Shown one piece after another: positions 53,648-64,000 of a DNA stretch of 64,000 nt; position 1 is the first letter of the stretch, and every line of letters starts with the position of its first letter. The stretch is from Zygnema circumcarinatum SAG 698-1b (taxonomy: Eukaryota; Plantae; Zygnematophyceae): assembly GCA_037447605.1 (NCBI GenBank), contig CM074809.1, positions 186,001 to 250,000 on the forward strand, written 5' to 3'. The notes beneath the pieces are model-generated. The model saw only the letters and a list, made by a program, of their open reading frames with translations, was not told the DNA's origin and ran no database searches. The translations under genes and the position numbers were made by a program.

Positions 53648-54940
53648 CTTTCAGAACGATTCGTGTTCCGGCATTGAGAGCAAGTTCAGCCTCCCCCCTT
53701 CTTCCCTCAGCGCAGTTCTGAACCCTGCTGTCAACTGCTCCGGCGATTCGACCCTCACTCCGGGCCAACAGGTGAACATAAAACAAAGCTTATTTAAAGA
53801 AAACTCATTGTGTTCTTTACCTTCGTTTGTAAACCTATCTCGTATTCAAGCATAGTATTGGTTTGAACTTGCTGAAACTGAGCCCCCTAACGAGTGGACC
53901 TTTCCTTGCATCCTTTTTGCAGGTTTGCATTGTGAGTGGGCAGCCGGATGCGACAAAAGTATGTACGGCGAGTGACCGCGTTACATCATCTGATGTTGCG
54001 AGCGGAGGATGTGACCAAATGCTGCTCCGAAACACGCAGATCAACATCACCACCTTCTATGAAATGAACCGCGGAATCAACTGCCAAAATCTCTTCGTTG
54101 GGCAGGAGGTGAGAGAGAGAGAGGGAGGGTCGGCATTTTTAACACACGAAAAAAACTGATGATGGGGTTCGGAGATTGAAGTTTGTCAATCTTGAGAGTT
54201 TTTAGGGACTTTGAAACGCAAATCAATGTCTTTGCAAAGAACTAACATCTGCCTTCCTTCGCTGTCTCTCTCTCTCTCTCGCTCCCTCTCTCATCTTTCT
54301 TCTTCGCAGCTGTGTGTGGGATATCAGCAGCAGCCACCAGACACTTGCGCAAAATATTATGTCTGGCAAAGAGGCGATACATGCTACTCCGTAATCGCTC
54401 TGTTCTGTGGAACGAGGTCAAACAAACGCTGGTGAGACTGCTTGAACACAAAACTTTGTATAAGAACGGAAAATATCTATTTGCAAAATTTATCTTGATG
54501 GTTGTCGTATCAAATTGTTTTGGTTATATTGTATATTGGCCAACTTTCCATCAATCAAGGACATACTTTAATATGCCGATATTTGCTTTACTGATTAACA
54601 AACTATGAATGGCCCCTCCATTCTATTCCAGAACATTGATGTGTTCGCATGCATCCATGCATGATTCAACTAACTAACTAACTAACCAACTAACCAACTA
54701 ACCAACTAACTAACTATCTATCTATCTATCTATCTATGTTTATCTATGTTGATGTTGATGTTGTGGTTGTCTATCTATGTTGGTTGCATGGAGGAGTGCA
54801 GGCCCGAGTGTTTTCCCGGTAGCGAGGTTTGCGTCGGCACGGGCAGTGCATGGCCCGCCGGTAAAGGGTTCTGCGTGCCGACCTGCTTCAACTACCTCGG
54901 GGTCAGGGTCACCAGAGGGGTAGCGAACTGCTTTGGCTAA
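48336..54940 (+). CDS. Secreted multidomain protein: signal peptide, ricin-B-like lectin, papain (C1A) cysteine protease, 2x EGF, about 4x LysM, Cys-rich tail; about 18 exons
   Basis: Signal MEQRMSRVFFLSLVGVLTWTQLAEG. Ricin-like GKCLDA...QLW and GTGLCLDAIDG...QLW. Protease LPESVDWR...KDQSSCGSCHVF...LSEQAVLDC...CAGGWP...[55 protein letters not shown] and [20 protein letters not shown]. LysM YTAEAGDDCYLIAAAYGLTVQQLTDMNP, YSIQKNDSC...LTPGQQVC, FYEMNRGINCQNLFVGQELC, YYVWQRGDTCYSV. Splicing of exons 2-4 and of the last exon is less certain. Confidence 0.85.
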
Positions 54941-55010
54941 CTTGGAGAATTGGGTTGTGAGAGACAGAGAGACAGAGAGAGAGAGAGGGAGGGAGGGAGG
55001 GAGGGAGGGA

Positions 55011-55020
55011 NNNNNNNNNN
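55011..55020. other. Assembly gap (10 N) between the protease-LysM gene and the orphan kinase exon
   Basis: Run of n inside a GA tract; true length unknown. Confidence 1.
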
Positions 55021-55807
55021 AGGGAGGGAGGGAGGGAGGGAGGAGTGAGGGAGGAGTGAGGGAGAGAGTGAGGGAGAGGGAGAGTGGGAGAGAGAGAGAA
55101 CGAGAGGGAGAGAGGAGGGAGAGAGGGAAATATAGGGAGAGAGAGAGAAAGAGGGAGAGAGAGAGTGAGAGAGGGAGAGAGAGGGAGAGGGGAAGAGGCG
55201 AGGTAAGGGAGGTGAGGGAGGGAGGGAGGCATCGGGTCGGAGCGGGGCGTCACGCCATGTCACGATGACGCCATCCTGACGCCACTGTAACGTCACGGAT
55301 TCGGGTTCGACTTCGACTGTGGCTCAACTGTGCACGTACGAACCGTTCCTTCATTCATACACTTTTATTTATTTTTATATTTTGCTGTAAATTGGGGGGG
55401 AAGTGGCATTGATCTCACGTTGTAAATCGTTATAGTTTGTTTTTGGGCTCAAATTTTTATAGGTTTTAAGAATACCGAGAATAAAATGCGGAATTTAGAA
55501 ATCGGACAAGAATAATTTCCCATTTGGTCCTCCCTTTCTCCCCTCGTTTCCTTTCCCTCTCGCACTCCCGCCCTCCTCTCTCCCTCTTTCTCCACTCTCC
55601 TCCCCCCTTCCCTCTCCCTCCCCTCTCCTCTCTCTCCTCTCTCTCCCCCCCTCCCCTCCCCTCTCTCTCCTCTCTCTCTCCCCCTCTCTCTCCTCTCTCT
55701 CCCCCCCTCCCCTCCCCTCTCGCTCCTCTCTCTCCCCCTCTCTCCTCTCTCTCTCCCCCTCCCCTCTCCTCTCACTCTCCCCCCTCCTATCCCCTCTCTC
55801 TCCTCAG

Positions 55808-56073
55808 GCCACCTCACCAAAAAGAGCGACGTCTACTCCTTCGGCGTGCTCCTATTGGAGCTCCTCTCCGCCTTGGCGGAGTCGTACATGGCCCCGCGGG
55901 AAATAAATTTAAGGGAGCTTATGGACGCGGCCCTGGAAGGAAATTATTTTCAATTAGAGGCCTCCAAGATGGCGCTTCTTGCCAGGCACTGCCCGCAATT
56001 GGACTCCGAATTTCGACCGGAAATGTGCGACCTTTTGAGGTCCATGGAGGCCATAGTTTCGAGGGGGGGCTGA
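55808..56073 (+). pseudogene. Orphan terminal exon of a receptor-like (cytoplasmic) kinase, subdomains IX-XI; a fragment, or a gene broken by the assembly gap
   Basis: After a CT tract and ctcag acceptor: GHLTKKSDVYSFGVLLLELLS...LMDAALEGNY...A..LARHCPQLDSEFRPEMCDLLRSME*, typical of Pelle/RLK kinases. No subdomain I-VIII exons are visible upstream. The usual GRR..D...NLVEW segment is missing. Confidence 0.75.
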
Positions 56074-57279
56074 ATGAAGGGCGGAAGGTTTTTTAACTAG
56101 CTCTTCTTGTTCGTTTTACTTTGTTGTTTAATTCTGTTAATTTAAAAAAAAAATGGGTTATTTATTGGAGGAGATGAGTGAAGAGAGGGAGAAGGGAAGA
56201 GAGGGTAGAGGGAGAGAGAGAAGAGGAGGGCAGGTCACGGTATGGACATCCCTTCGACTCGATCTTGTTAATGCGAACAGAGGCAAGCAAAATGTACCCA
56301 TTTTTAGTTTCTAGGTTAATTCTTTAGAGGAGGTAGAAGGCAGATTTTTGGTCCACTTTCGCAATTATTTAAAAATAACAGTGAGGAAAATAGAAAGGGC
56401 AGTCGAGAAATAGTGCAGAGGCTCGGTTCTCGCAGTCCTTGTCGAGAGAGAGAAGAGAGTAGAGAGAGTAGAGAGAGAAGGGATACGTGAGAGAGAGAGA
56501 GAGTGGAGGAGGACTAGAGGGTCTGGAGGGCCTCCTCCTCCTTTAGAAAGGCAGAGCCCACAACCCCACAGGGGCCTCCCTGTTCACCTTTAGAGAACCA
56601 TGTGCTTTGGTCGATATGGCATTCACACTGCGCTTGACTTGCGAGTGGTTTGGTCTTTCATGTGACCATATTTCGCTAACAATGTGTTCGAGCTTGTGGC
56701 ATGGCATGGTGCGGATGGCATGGCATGGTACGGATGGCATGGCATGTCTCTAATGGTGTAACATCCATTCAGCTTTCATTTCACCTGTTAGGAACTAGAC
56801 ATCATAGCCATGCCATGCCATGCCATGCAATGTGCGAACAACCATGTTGTGGAAATGGTCCACACGCCAAAGGCCGAGCCTAGAGACAGCATGGGCGCCA
56901 ACCTCCCCAACACGATGGCATGAATGGCATGGATGGTCCTTGCCGAGCCTCCCCCACCTCCCCTCCCTAGCGCCCCTCGTGGGGAACCCCAAGAGTTTCG
57001 AAAACTTGAAAAAATTGTCCTACCACGACGTGCATAACAAAACGACGTGACGTGACGTGACGTGACCCGTGATGTCGTACCCTAAAACCCTGAGCAGGTG
57101 GGTTCGTTCTGAACCCTGCGCCCTCTCCTTCCTGCCCGCTCACGCAAAGGGCGGAATCCGGAGGGGTTTTAAAGGGCCGCCGCCGACCCCTGCTGGTGCC
57201 TCCCTCGGCGGGGACGGATTAGGGTTTAGGGGAGGATTAGGGTTCAAGAGTGGATTAGGGTTCAGCAACCGCCTTGGCC

Positions 57280-60200
57280 ATGGCGGCGCTCCACGCCCCC
57301 CTCGCCGCTCTGCGCTCCGACGCCCTGCTGTGGCGGGAGAGCACGTCCGCCCTGCCACGTGGCATGCAGGTAGCCTGCCAGCTGGCCGGCTCCCAGACCT
57401 CCGCCTTCCTCGTCAGAGAGGAGCCCTCGGCCGCAGCCGCCGCACTCGTGCCGCGCCGGAGAGCGCCACGTGTCCACCTGACTCCTTGCCACGTGTCCAA
57501 CTCCGCCTCCTCCCCCCCCTCCCCCTCTCCATCCCCCTCTCCATCCCCCTCTCCCTCTCCTTCTCCCTCTCCCTCTCCCTCCCTCTCCGCGGTGAAGCGG
57601 CCCCTCTACCACCCCAGCCGCATCTCCGACCCGAACTATGTCCGCATCTTCGACACGACCCTCCGCGACGGCGAGCAGTCCCCCGGGGCGACGCTCACCA
57701 GCAAAGAGAAACTCGACATAGCGCGGCAGCTGGCGAAGCTGGGAGTCGACATTATCGAGGCCGGCTACCCGCTCGCTTCTCCCGGCGATCTGGAGGCCGT
57801 GAAGGGCATCGCACGGGAGGTGGGGTGCCAGGTGTCAGCCGATGGCTATGTCCCCGTAATCTGCGCCCTATCCCGCTGCAACAAGGCGGACATAGACGCG
57901 GCGTGGGAGGGCGTGAGGGGCGCTCTGAGGCCGCGCATTCACACGTTCATCGCGACGAGCGCGGTGCACATGGAGCACAAGCTCAGGAAGACGCCGGACG
58001 AGGTGGTGAGCATAGCCGCCTCCATGGTGGCGTACGCGCGGAGCTTGGGGTGTGAGGATATCGAGTTTAGTCCCGAGGACGCGGGCAGGTAAGGGAGGGA
58101 GGGAGGGAGGAAGGAAGGGAGGGAGGGAGGGAGGGGAGGGAGGGAGAAAGGGAGAGAGGAGTGATAGTGGGGGGAGGGAGGAGTGATAGTGGGGGGAGGG
58201 GAAGCGGGAAGGGGGAAGGGGAGGAGAGGGGAGTTGGGGAGGGGAGGGGAGGAGGGAGGTAGGGAGGTGGAAGGAGGTAGATGGGGGAGGGGAAGGGGAA
58301 AGGGGAAGGGGAGGAGAGGGAAATGGGGAAGGGGGGGGGGGGGAAGAGGGACGTAGGGAAGGGGGAGAAAGAGCGGGAGAGGTGGCGATGGCGATGGCGG
58401 GCGAGGAGGGAGTGGGTGGGCATGGGAGAGGGGAAAACGGGGGGGGATGGAAGCGGATTGAGTAGGGGAAGGGGAAAGGGAGGGGGACGAATAGGAGGTG
58501 GGATGGGGGGAGGTGGAAGGAGGAGGTTCAGGAAAAGATGTTAGTGTTGAAGTTGAAGGGTGCGAGAGGGGGAAGGGTGGAAGGTGGGGAAGGGGGAAGC
58601 AAAGGGAAGGAGTAGGAGAAGGAGAAGCTGAAAGGGCGAGGGAGGAGGGGGAGAGGGAGTCGGAGGCTAAAGGGGAAATCGCATCTTCTATCAATTTCCT
58701 CTTCTGTATGTACCTTTCCTTTTTTTTCCCATCCGACGTATCTCTGATTGGAATGTGGTGCTCCTCCGCAGGTCTGATCCGGAATTTCTGTGTCGGATTT
58801 TGGGAGAAGTTATAAAGGCAGGCGCCACGACTTTGAATATTCCCGACACTGTGGGGTACTGCATGCCCGCGGAATTTGGAGAACTGATCGCATATATTAA
58901 AGCGAATACGCCGGGGGCCGAGAATGTAATTATTTCTACGCATTGTCAAAATGACCTCGGCCTCGCCACAGCAAATACCTTGGCGGTGAGTTTTGTCGCT
59001 AAAAACTCGAAGCTCGGCATAGACATTTTTTTTCTTCTGATTTTTTTTGAAGATGTGTGTGTAGCGTAAATTCGATTATCTTCACTTTTTTATTCGTTTG
59101 CTGATTTTGGCACGTGGCAAGCTTGCAGGGGGCCAAGGCCGGGGCTCGCCAGCTGGAGGTTACGATCAACGGAATTGGAGAGCGCGCAGGGAACGCCTCG
59201 TTGGAGGAGGTATACTTGTTCTTGTTCTATAAGAAGATTAAGGGAGAGAGATGAGTATAGTGGAGGGAGACGGAGTGAGGGAGAGGGAGGGAGTCAAGGA
59301 AAGAGAGCTTTTTAGGCGTTTAGGGCTTTTTAGATTTCTTAATAATTAAGTCGTTTTGAATTTGCAGGTGGTAATGGCGATCCGATGTCGCGGAACGGAG
59401 CAGTTTGAGGGTCTTTACACTGGAATAGATACTCGGCATATCACCAAAGCTTCACGCATGGTGAGGTTAAATCCTAAAAAGCTTTTTAACCTTAAATCTT
59501 CGTTAAAGATTTTCAAAGGGTCCTGCGACCAACAAACCAACCAACCAACCAACCTTGGAAAACCTTCAGTTTTTTCAACCTTGAAAGCACGAACTTTTTG
59601 AAGCTATAAATTAAGACAAAAGGGGAGTTTTAGGGAAGACTGAAAAGGGCCTAAGGAGGAGGGTACAATGTAATGACAAACTTATAATTTTCCATTTTTT
59701 AAGTGGGAGCCAATGGGAGGTGGACAGGTGGCAGAAAGCACGGGCATGATGGTGCAGCCCCACAAGGCCATTGTGGGAGCGAACGCGTTTGCACATGAGA
59801 GCGGGATTCATCAGGTCAGAACTGAGCCTCACACTTGGAACCTTTCTCTGTTTGAAATATCATTGTGTGAACTGGAATCTATACATATATATTCATATAT
59901 TAGCGAACGTGTCGAGAATGTACGTTCAAAATTTGAGCGAAGAATTGAAGTAGATATACCTTAAACAAAGTCTCTCAGAAGCCTTTATCTTCTCCTCTCA
60001 CCACTCTCTCTTGCATCACTTAGACCTCCCCAATTCCAGGATCTAAGATTCTTAAGACATCTAGCCTTCTGCAATGTTAGGGTTCAGAAAACTGTAGAGC
60101 TTTAGGGCTCAGAATTTCAAGGTTTTGGTGGTGTACGTGTGCAGGACGGCATGCTGAAATTTAAGGGCACATATGAAATTATTTCTCCGGAGGACATTGG

Positions 60201-62545
60201 TCTTGTGAGATCGGACGAGGCCGGACTCGTGATGGGCAAGCACAGGTGCTGCCTTCGAGCCTTGTAGCGGAACCGATATCCAAATCGATATAATTTTTTT
60301 TTTTAACAGTTTCAAAGGAACTCATGCTCAAAATGATGACGAATGTTTTCTAAATTTTAGTCATTTTCTATATATTCATCTCTGCCCCTTTTCCGCCTTT
60401 CTGACTTTCTTGCAGTGGGCGCCATGCACTGAGGACACGACTTCAGCAGGTAACTGCACTGCATGCTGCTGCTACATACATGCAATCCTCGCTCTCTGAC
60501 TCCCTCCTTGTTCCTTCCTTTCTTCCACTCTCTCCTTTCTTTCTCTCTCTCTTCCCCCTCGGCCCCCCTCTGCCTCCCTTCCCCTCTCTCTCCTGTCCCT
60601 CCGCTCTCTCCTACTTTCTCCCTTCCTCTCTCCCTTTGCCCCTCCCTCTCTGTCCCTTCCCCCCTCTCGCTCTCTCCCCCTCTCTTTCCCTCTGCCCCGC
60701 TCCTCTTCGCTCCCCCTCTCCCTCCCCTCCCCTCTCTCCCTGTGGCTGTCCAACCTTACCTGACCTAATCTAAGTCTCTTGATGGGCCACAGCTGGGCTA
60801 TGAATTGGAAGCAAAGGAGCTCGACGATGTATTCAAACGCTTCAAAGCCGTAGCAGACAAGAAGAAGGTTTGAAATTTTGACCTAATCTTAAATGAAGTG
60901 CTGCATGAGAGATATTCCTCATTTTCTCATCCAAAAAAAGCAATGTAGACTAACGATTTTTGTACTTCTCTGCTGTGTCGTCAGAATCTGCAAGACGAGG
61001 ATCTGGAAGCGCTGCTTTCTGATGAAGTCTTTCAGCCGGAGGTTGTGTGGCGCCTTGCGGACTTGCAGGTGATGCGAAAACAAAAAAATGTTAGGGTTAG
61101 AGAGAGAGAGGGAGAGAGAGTGAGAGAGAGCGGGAGAGAGAGAGAGAGAGAGGGGAAGACAATGGTGGGTCCTATATTGCTTCGAGTTTGTCAGGCTTAG
61201 GATCCCAAGAATGGAACGATACTTAATATGTTTTGTTTATTTTTTTGTAAAAAATGGTCTTTTTGCAGGTGGTTTGTGGAACTATGGGGCTGCCGACCGC
61301 CACAGTTAAACTGATTGGCCCCGACGGAATGGAGCATGTGAATGTGGGGGTGGGGGCGGGCCCGGTGGATGCAGCCTACAAGGCCATTAATAACATTGTG
61401 AAGGTGAGGAAGAGAAAGGGAAGGAAAGAGAGAGTGAGAGAGAGAGGGATCGGGAGAGAGAGGGGGAGAGAGAGATAGAGGGAGTGGGGGAGAGGGAGGG
61501 GGGAAGGGGGAGGGAGGGGGAGGGGAGGAGGGGAGGGGAGGGAGGGAGAGTGGCCTGGCCAGGGGGGCGAGGCGGGGCGAATGGGGGGAGAGGTGATGAA
61601 TGGGGGGTTGGTAGGCGGGCAAGGAGAGCAGGGCAAGCGTTGCAGGAATAGGAGCCTGACGGAATCACAGAAGAAAAAGAGCGGAATTGACCCTACAGTT
61701 GCAGTTTAGAAAAAACAGAAAACCCCAAAACTCAAACCCTAAGGACCCAAGCCCTAACATCCACAACACACACCCTCCGAGTGTACAACCACCCTGAGCC
61801 CCCCTAAACCCTAAACCCTGAGACTTGAGCCCTGACCCCTCTCTCCTCACCCCTCACCCCTCACCCCTCACCCCTCACCCCTCACCCCTCACCCCTCACC
61901 CCTCACCCCTCACCCCTCACCCCTCACCCCTCACCCCTCACCCCTCACCCCTCACCCCTCACCCCTCACCCCTCACCCCTCACCCCTCACCCCTCACCCC
62001 TGAACCCTGAACCCTGGGTGGGCGTGCAGGCGGAGGTGGCCCTTCAGGAGTACTCGATGACGGCGGTGACGGAGGGCATCGACGCCCTCGCGTGCACGCG
62101 CGTGCAGATCCGCCTCCTTGAGGAGGCGCCCGCCGCGGTGCACGCGCAGAGGGGCGCCGTGGAGAGGAGCTTCAGGTACTGGCCATGGGGGGGGTAAAGG
62201 CTTTAGGGTTGTTAGGGTTTTTAGGGTTTCTAGGGTTTTTAGGGTTTCAAGGGTTTCTAGGGTTTTTAGTGTTTTAGAAAATGAACTGGGGGGGGGGGGG
62301 GAACTAATATGACTCTCGAGCGCTTAGGAGCTGTTTGCAATTTTTTCTGATTTGCCAATATTTGGACGAGTTGTTGATGACGTGGCGCCATCCCATTGGC
62401 TGGCAGCGGGAGCGGTGCTGACGAGGACATCGTGGTGTCGAGCGCGCGTGCTTACATCAGCGCCATCAACAAGATGTTGGGCTTCCTTAGATCGCGCAAG
62501 ACTGAGAGTGTGGAGGCGAAGGAGCCCCAAGCTGTGGCTCAGTGA
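57280..62545 (+). CDS. IPMS: 2-isopropylmalate synthase (LeuA), plastid-targeted, with C-terminal regulatory domain; 12 exons
   Basis: Ala/Ser/Pro-rich transit peptide; [16 protein letters not shown]; IHTFIATS; SPEDAGRSD; IPDTVGY; [14 protein letters not shown]; [14 protein letters not shown]; [23 protein letters not shown]; [12 protein letters not shown]; [13 protein letters not shown]; [22 protein letters not shown]; stop at 62545. Confidence 0.97.
61802..62015. repeat. (CCCCTCA) about 22 copies, flanked by CCCTAAA and CCCTGAA units, in an IPMS intron
   Basis: Perfect 7-nt period from about 61845 to 62000, with telomere-type heptamers on both sides. Confidence 0.93.
62191..62270. repeat. 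Telomere-like TAGGGTTT(T/C) array with a 9-10 nt period in an IPMS intron
   Basis: About 7 TAGGGTT cores. Confidence 0.8.
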
Positions 62546-63765
62546 GAGAGGGAGAGAGGGAGAGTGGGAGAGAGGGCAGGTGGGTGGGCAAGGAGAGAAA
62601 GATATGAGGGAGGGAGGAGATATATTAGTGAGGGGGGGAGGGAGGGAGGGAGGGAGGGAGGGAGGGAGGGAGGGAGGGAGGGAGGGAGGGAGGGAGGGAG
62701 GGAGGGGTAGTGGAGGAGGGAGATCGTAGGTTGTTAGGCCCGTATCTTAAAGGTTGAAAGATTGTTTGCTTTGGCTAGGATGCCGCAGCTATGCTTAGAG
62801 GGAGGTTAATTATAAACTTATATCCACGCGTAGTTAAGAAAGTTGTTTAGTGGCAAAATAATTCAAAAATGAGACTGCTGCCCCGGAGGTTGTAGGGTGT
62901 GAAGGGTTGGGAGGGCTTGAGCATGTTGCACTTTATGAAGGATAATTTCCCCATGCTTTTGTAGAGACGTAGCATGACCCCAAGTGTACGATACTCTCCT
63001 TTTCGCTTGCAGCAGAACAAATGGTTTGTATTTTTTCGACAATTCTCCACTGAATGTGTATGTAAAACTCGTCGCTTTTCGGTGTCACGGATTGAACGTA
63101 AGTCTCCCTCTTGTCTCCTCTCCTCTCCTCTCCTCTTCTCTCCCTCTCTTCCTCTTATCGTCCTCTCCCTCTCCGCCCCGCAACAAAGACTAGTCTACAA
63201 CGTGAGAGCTGCCACGGCCCTACAATTTCGTCGGTTGGTCGGTTGGTCGGTTGGTCGCCCTGCGTAGGCCGTCAAAGAGAGAACCAAGTCAACGATTCAA
63301 ATCCAATCGATGCCTAAATTTTGCCAACCATTGGGTGACGAATATAAGATCGTATCCTATTCTACCTTTATTATTATTATTTTCTTTTTTCAAGGAGAAA
63401 TGTGAGGATTGCACGCTTTTTTCAATTTTCGCTGCTCAGCCCTTTCTCCAAGGCCACAAGCAGCGCTAGCCGCTCATGCACCTGTCACCCCCCCCCCCCC
63501 CCTTCCCAATATAATAAATACAAAATGTTTTACATCAATCAGCCTAATCTATTGAGGGAGCTAACGGCAGTCTGTGGAGCTCGGCTTTGAAAAGAGGGGC
63601 TTTGACATCGGCTTTCACAGCGCACTAAGTGTTGGGAAAGGCGCCTAGCCTGCAGGCAGACGAGAGTGAGGGGCAGAGAGAGAGACAGACAGAGAGAGAG
63701 TGGGAGAGAGTGGGGAAGGAGAGAGAGATATGTTCTACTCATTTTCCATCATGAGTGCTTCTGAC

Positions 63766-63971
63766 CTAGCAATTGTTGAAATCAAAACGTTGAAACTTTG
63801 GATCAGCATGAAGGTAAACTGAGACCTGCAATCTCTCACCATCTCATCTCTCTGCCTGAGGGATGGCAGCAAAAGCACTGACCTTCCTTTCCAAGTCATG
63901 CTGTTCAGCAAGAACTGCCTTTACACTCCCTCCTGCTCGACTCTCTTCAACCGGCTCTCTCTCCTCTACCG
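63766..63971 (-). CDS. Probable last two exons of a gene entering from the right edge; product unknown
   Basis: gcag|63971-63883 (AVEEREPVEESRAGGSVKAVLAEQHDLERK)|gtcag, then gcag|63825-63766 (VSVYLHADPKFQRFDFNNC*). The phases fit, but I do not recognise the family. Confidence 0.4.
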
Positions 63972-64000
63972 CTGCATTACATGATGTGAAATCATACCTG

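Noticed and set aside
63539-63655. Alternative last exon ARRLSQHLVRCESRC... on the minus strand
   Set aside because: It has a plausible acceptor, but the upstream exon already ends in a stop at 63766. It may be a 3' UTR exon or an alternative end, and this cannot be resolved from the window.

Overview
Eukaryotic nuclear DNA from a plant-lineage genome. Land-plant-like orthologues, long GA/CT introns and TTTAGGG-type repeats suggest a streptophyte alga, probably Zygnematophyceae (inference). I reconstructed ten complete spliced genes by hand from GT-AG junctions: ZTP29-like ZIP transporter, BRIZ/BRAP2 E3 ligase, mago nashi, MSH6, APY1/2-type apyrase, a CUE-domain protein, an FAD-dependent aromatic monooxygenase, an uncharacterised membrane-anchored protein with two HxS motifs, a multidomain secreted protease, and 2-isopropylmalate synthase. 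There is also an orphan receptor-like-kinase exon and two weak or partial gene models. The standout is 48336-54940: signal peptide, ricin-B lectin, papain-type Cys protease with an intact triad but no visible I29 prodomain, 2 EGF and about 4 Cys-rich LysM modules, built largely from phase-1 exons and followed by a stranded RLCK-type kinase exon beyond an assembly gap. Intergenic regions carry dense homotypic motif clusters (GTAC, CAATG, GCCACGT, CGATA), and introns carry locally homogenised telomere-variant arrays. Most of the supplied ORF track is GA/CT microsatellite noise. I found no rRNA, tRNA, CRISPR array or transposon ORF. Four 10-N gaps limit certainty. Family assignments come from recalled motifs, not database searches.
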